Source of the DNA: Escherichia phage C5 | Strand: one strand, 5' to 3' | Sequence record: NC_048079.1 | Length of the DNA: 39,551 nucleotides | In this document: one piece after another, positions 37,010-39,551 of the stretch | Layout of the letters: every line of letters starts with the position of its first letter | Position numbering within the stretch: position 1 is the first letter of the stretch | The notes under the pieces: model-generated | What the model saw: only the letters and a program-made list of their open reading frames with translations | Database searches by the model: none | Told to the model about the DNA's origin: nothing | Translations under genes and position numbers: made by a program

Positions 37010-38770
37010 GTGTCTACTCAATCCAATCGTAATGCGCTCGTAGTGGCGCAACTGAAAGGAGACTTCGTGGCGTTCCTGTTCGTCTTATGGAAGGCGTTAA
37101 ACCTTCCGGTGCCCACTAAGTGTCAAATCGACATGGCTAAGGTGCTGGCAAACGGGGACAACAAGAAGTTCATCTTACAGGCTTTCCGTGGTATCGGTAA
37201 GTCATTCATCACCTGTGCGTTCGTTGTGTGGTCCTTATGGCGGGACCCTCAGTTGAAGATACTTATCGTATCAGCTTCTAAAGAACGTGCAGACGCTAAC
37301 TCCATATTCATCAAGAACATCATTGACCTGCTACCGTTCCTAGCTGAGTTAAAGCCGAGACCCGGACAGCGTGACTCTGTGATTAGTTTTGATGTTGGTC
37401 CTGCTAGTCCTGACCACTCGCCTAGTGTGAAATCCGTAGGTATCACTGGTCAGTTAACTGGTAGCCGTGCTGACATTATCATTGCGGATGACGTTGAGAT
37501 TCCGTCTAACAGTGCGACTATGGGTGCCCGTGAGAAGCTATGGACTCTCGTTCAGGAGTTCGCTGCATTACTTAAACCGCTGCCTTCCTCTCGTGTTATC
37601 TACCTTGGTACACCTCAGACTGAGATGACTCTATATAAGGAACTTGAGGATAACCGTGGGTACACAACCATTATCTGGCCTGCTCTGTACCCAAGGACGC
37701 GTGAAGAGAACCTCTATTACTCACAGCGTCTTGCTCCTATGTTACGTGCTGAGTACGATGAGAACCCTGAGGCCCTCGCTGGGACTCCTACAGACCCTGT
37801 GCGCTTTGACCGTGATGACCTCCGCGAGCGTGAGTTGGAATATGGTAAGGCTGGCTTCACACTACAGTTCATGCTTAACCCGAACCTGAGTGATGCCGAG
37901 AAGTACCCTCTGAGGCTCCGTGACGCTATCGTAGCGGCATTAGACTTAGAGAAGGCACCGATGCATTACCAGTGGCTTCCGAACCGCCAGAACATCATTG
38001 AGGACCTTCCTAACGTTGGCCTTAAGGGTGATGACCTTCATACGTACCATGAGTGCTCGAATAACTCTGGTCAGTATCAACAGAAGATTCTGGTCATTGA
38101 CCCAAGTGGTCGTGGTAAGGATGAAACAGGTTACGCTGTACTGTACACCCTCAACGGTTACATCTACCTAATGGAAGCTGGTGGTTTCCGTGATGGCTAC
38201 TCCGATAAGACCCTTGAGTTGCTCGCTAAGAAAGCTAAGCAATGGGGAGTCCAGACGGTCGTCTACGAGAGTAACTTCGGTGACGGTATGTTCGGTAAGG
38301 TATTCAGTCCAATCCTTCTTAAACACCACAACTGCGCTATGGAAGAGATTCGTGCTCGAGGTATGAAGGAGATGCGTATTTGCGATACCCTTGAGCCAGT
38401 CATGCAGACTCACCGCCTTGTCATTCGAGATGAGGTCATTCGGGCAGACTATCAGTCCGCTCGTGACATAGACGGTAAGCATGACGTTAAGTATTCACTG
38501 TTCTACCAGATGACTCGTATCACTCGTGAGAAAGGCGCTCTGGCACACGATGACCGATTGGATGCCCTTGCGTTAGGCATTGAGTATCTCCGTGAGTCCA
38601 TGCAGTTGGATTCCATTAAGGTCGAAGGTGAAGTGCTTGCGGACTTCCTTGAGGAACACATGATGCGTCCTACAGTGGCTGCTACCCACATCATTGAGAT
38701 GTCTGTAGGAGGAGTTGATGTATACTCTGAGGACGCTGATGGATACGGTACGTCTTTCATTGAGTGGTGA
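37010..38770 (+). CDS. 19: Gene 19 terminase large subunit (DNA maturase)
   Basis: 586 aa from a GTG start with RBS aaggaggc; [66 protein letters not shown]...; near-identical to T7 gp19. Confidence 0.97.
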   Translation: MSTQSNRNALVVAQLKGDFVAFLFVLWKALNLPVPTKCQIDMAKVLANGDNKKFILQAFRGIGKSFITCAFVVWSLWRDPQLKILIVSASKERADANSIFIKNIIDLLPFLAELKPRPGQRDSVISFDVGPASPDHSPSVKSVGITGQLTGSRADIIIADDVEIPSNSATMGAREKLWTLVQEFAALLKPLPSSRVIYLGTPQTEMTLYKELEDNRGYTTIIWPALYPRTREENLYYSQRLAPMLRAEYDENPEALAGTPTDPVRFDRDDLRERELEYGKAGFTLQFMLNPNLSDAEKYPLRLRDAIVAALDLEKAPMHYQWLPNRQNIIEDLPNVGLKGDDLHTYHECSNNSGQYQQKILVIDPSGRGKDETGYAVLYTLNGYIYLMEAGGFRDGYSDKTLELLAKKAKQWGVQTVVYESNFGDGMFGKVFSPILLKHHNCAMEEIRARGMKEMRICDTLEPVMQTHRLVIRDEVIRADYQSARDIDGKHDVKYSLFYQMTRITREKGALAHDDRLDALALGIEYLRESMQLDSIKVEGEVLADFLEEHMMRPTVAATHIIEMSVGGVDVYSEDADGYGTSFIEW

Positions 38771-38851
38771 TTTATTCACTAAGACTGCATATGGATGCAC
38801 TATAGACCACGGATGGTCAGTTCATTAAGTTACTGAAAAGACACGATAAAT

Positions 38852-38874
38852 TAATACGACTCACTATAGGGAGA
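38852..38874 (+). promoter_or_regulatory. T7 RNAP promoter phiOR
   Basis: taatacgactcactatagggaga (perfect consensus). Confidence 0.9.
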
Positions 38875-38939
38875 GGAGGGACGAAAGGTTACTATATAGA
38901 TACTGAATGAATACTTATAGAGTGCATAAAGTATGCATA

Positions 38940-39417
38940 ATGGTGTACCTAAAGTGACCTCTAAGAATGGTGATTATATTGTAGTAATATCACCTTAACT
39001 TAAAGACCAACATAAAGGGAGGAGACTCATGTTCCGCTTATTGTTGAACTTACTGCGGCATAGAGTCACCTACCGATTTCTTGTGGTACTTTGTGCTGCC
39101 CTTGGGTACGCATCTCTTACTGGAGACCTCAGTTCACTGGAGTCTGCCGTTTGCTCTTTACTCACTTGTAGCGATTAGGGTCTTCCTGACCGACTGATGG
39201 CTCACCGAGGGATTCAGCGGTATGATTGCATCACACCACTTCATCCCTATAGAGTCAAGTCCTAAGGTATACCCGTAAAGAGCCTCTAATGGTCTATCCT
39301 AAGGTCTATACCTAAAGATAGGCCATCCTATCAGTGTCACCTAAAGAGGGCCTTAGAGAGGGCCTGAGGAGTCCCTAGAGGGTCCTTTAAAATATACCAT
39401 AAAAATCTGAGTGACTA
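38940..39417. repeat. Right-end array of CCTAAAG-type heptamers and short inverted repeats (concatemer junction region)
   Basis: tacctaaagtgacc (38949), cctaaggtataccc, tacctaaagataggcc (39311), cacctaaagagggcc (39340); inverted repeat ggtgattatattgtagtaatatcacc at about 38969-38994. Confidence 0.6.
39029..39178 (+). CDS. 19.5: Gene 19.5 small hydrophobic protein
   Basis: 49 aa MFRLLLNLLRHRVTYRFLVVLCAALGYASLTGDLSSLESAVCSLLTCSD; RBS gggaggag. Confidence 0.8.
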   Translation: MFRLLLNLLRHRVTYRFLVVLCAALGYASLTGDLSSLESAVCSLLTCSD

Positions 39418-39551
39418 TCTCACAGTGTACGGACCTAAAGTTCCCCCCATAGGGGTACCTAAAGCCCAGCCAATCACCTAAAGTCAACCTTCGGTTGACC
39501 TTGAGGGTTCCCTAGGGGTTGGGGATGGCCCTTGGGTTTACCTTTGAGTGT
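39418..39551. repeat. Right direct terminal repeat (identical to 1-134)
   Basis: Exact 134-bp match to the left end; the window stops at GAGTGT, so the repeat may extend further in the real molecule. Confidence 0.85.

Noticed and set aside
37644-38366. Two short + strand ORFs (81 and 61 aa) inside the terminase gene in alternative frames
   Set aside because: They could correspond to T7 19.2/19.3, which themselves lack evidence of expression; not supportable from sequence alone.

Overview
The window is an essentially complete linear genome of a T7-like podovirus (Autographiviridae, T7 group): 39,551 bp, bounded by identical 134-bp direct terminal repeats (1-134 and 39418-39551), with every recognisable gene on the + strand in canonical T7 order (early, DNA-metabolism, then structural and packaging genes). 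I identified about 55 CDS, three or four sigma70-type early promoters, 17 copies of the T7 RNA polymerase promoter (TAATACGACTCACTATAGGGAGA and variants), the early terminator TE, the late terminator Tphi, and a dispersed family of RNase III-type processing hairpins. No tRNA, rRNA or CRISPR array is visible. Most proteins are near-identical to phage T7, but the genome is mosaic. The most interesting departures, all judged against my recollection of T7 rather than a database search, are: (1) a replaced distal half of tail fibre gp17 followed by an extra 127-aa ORF that may be a fibre-assembly chaperone; (2) a 64-aa signal-peptide-like ORF inserted with its own RBS between gene 1.5 and the phi1.6 promoter; (3) an HNH homing endonuclease wedged between a phi4.3-type promoter and gene 4.3, while the T7 positions of genes 2.8, 3.8, 5.3 and 1.4 are cleanly empty; (4) an extra A3-like early promoter segment; and (5) a small hydrophobic ORF at the 1.7/1.8 junction.
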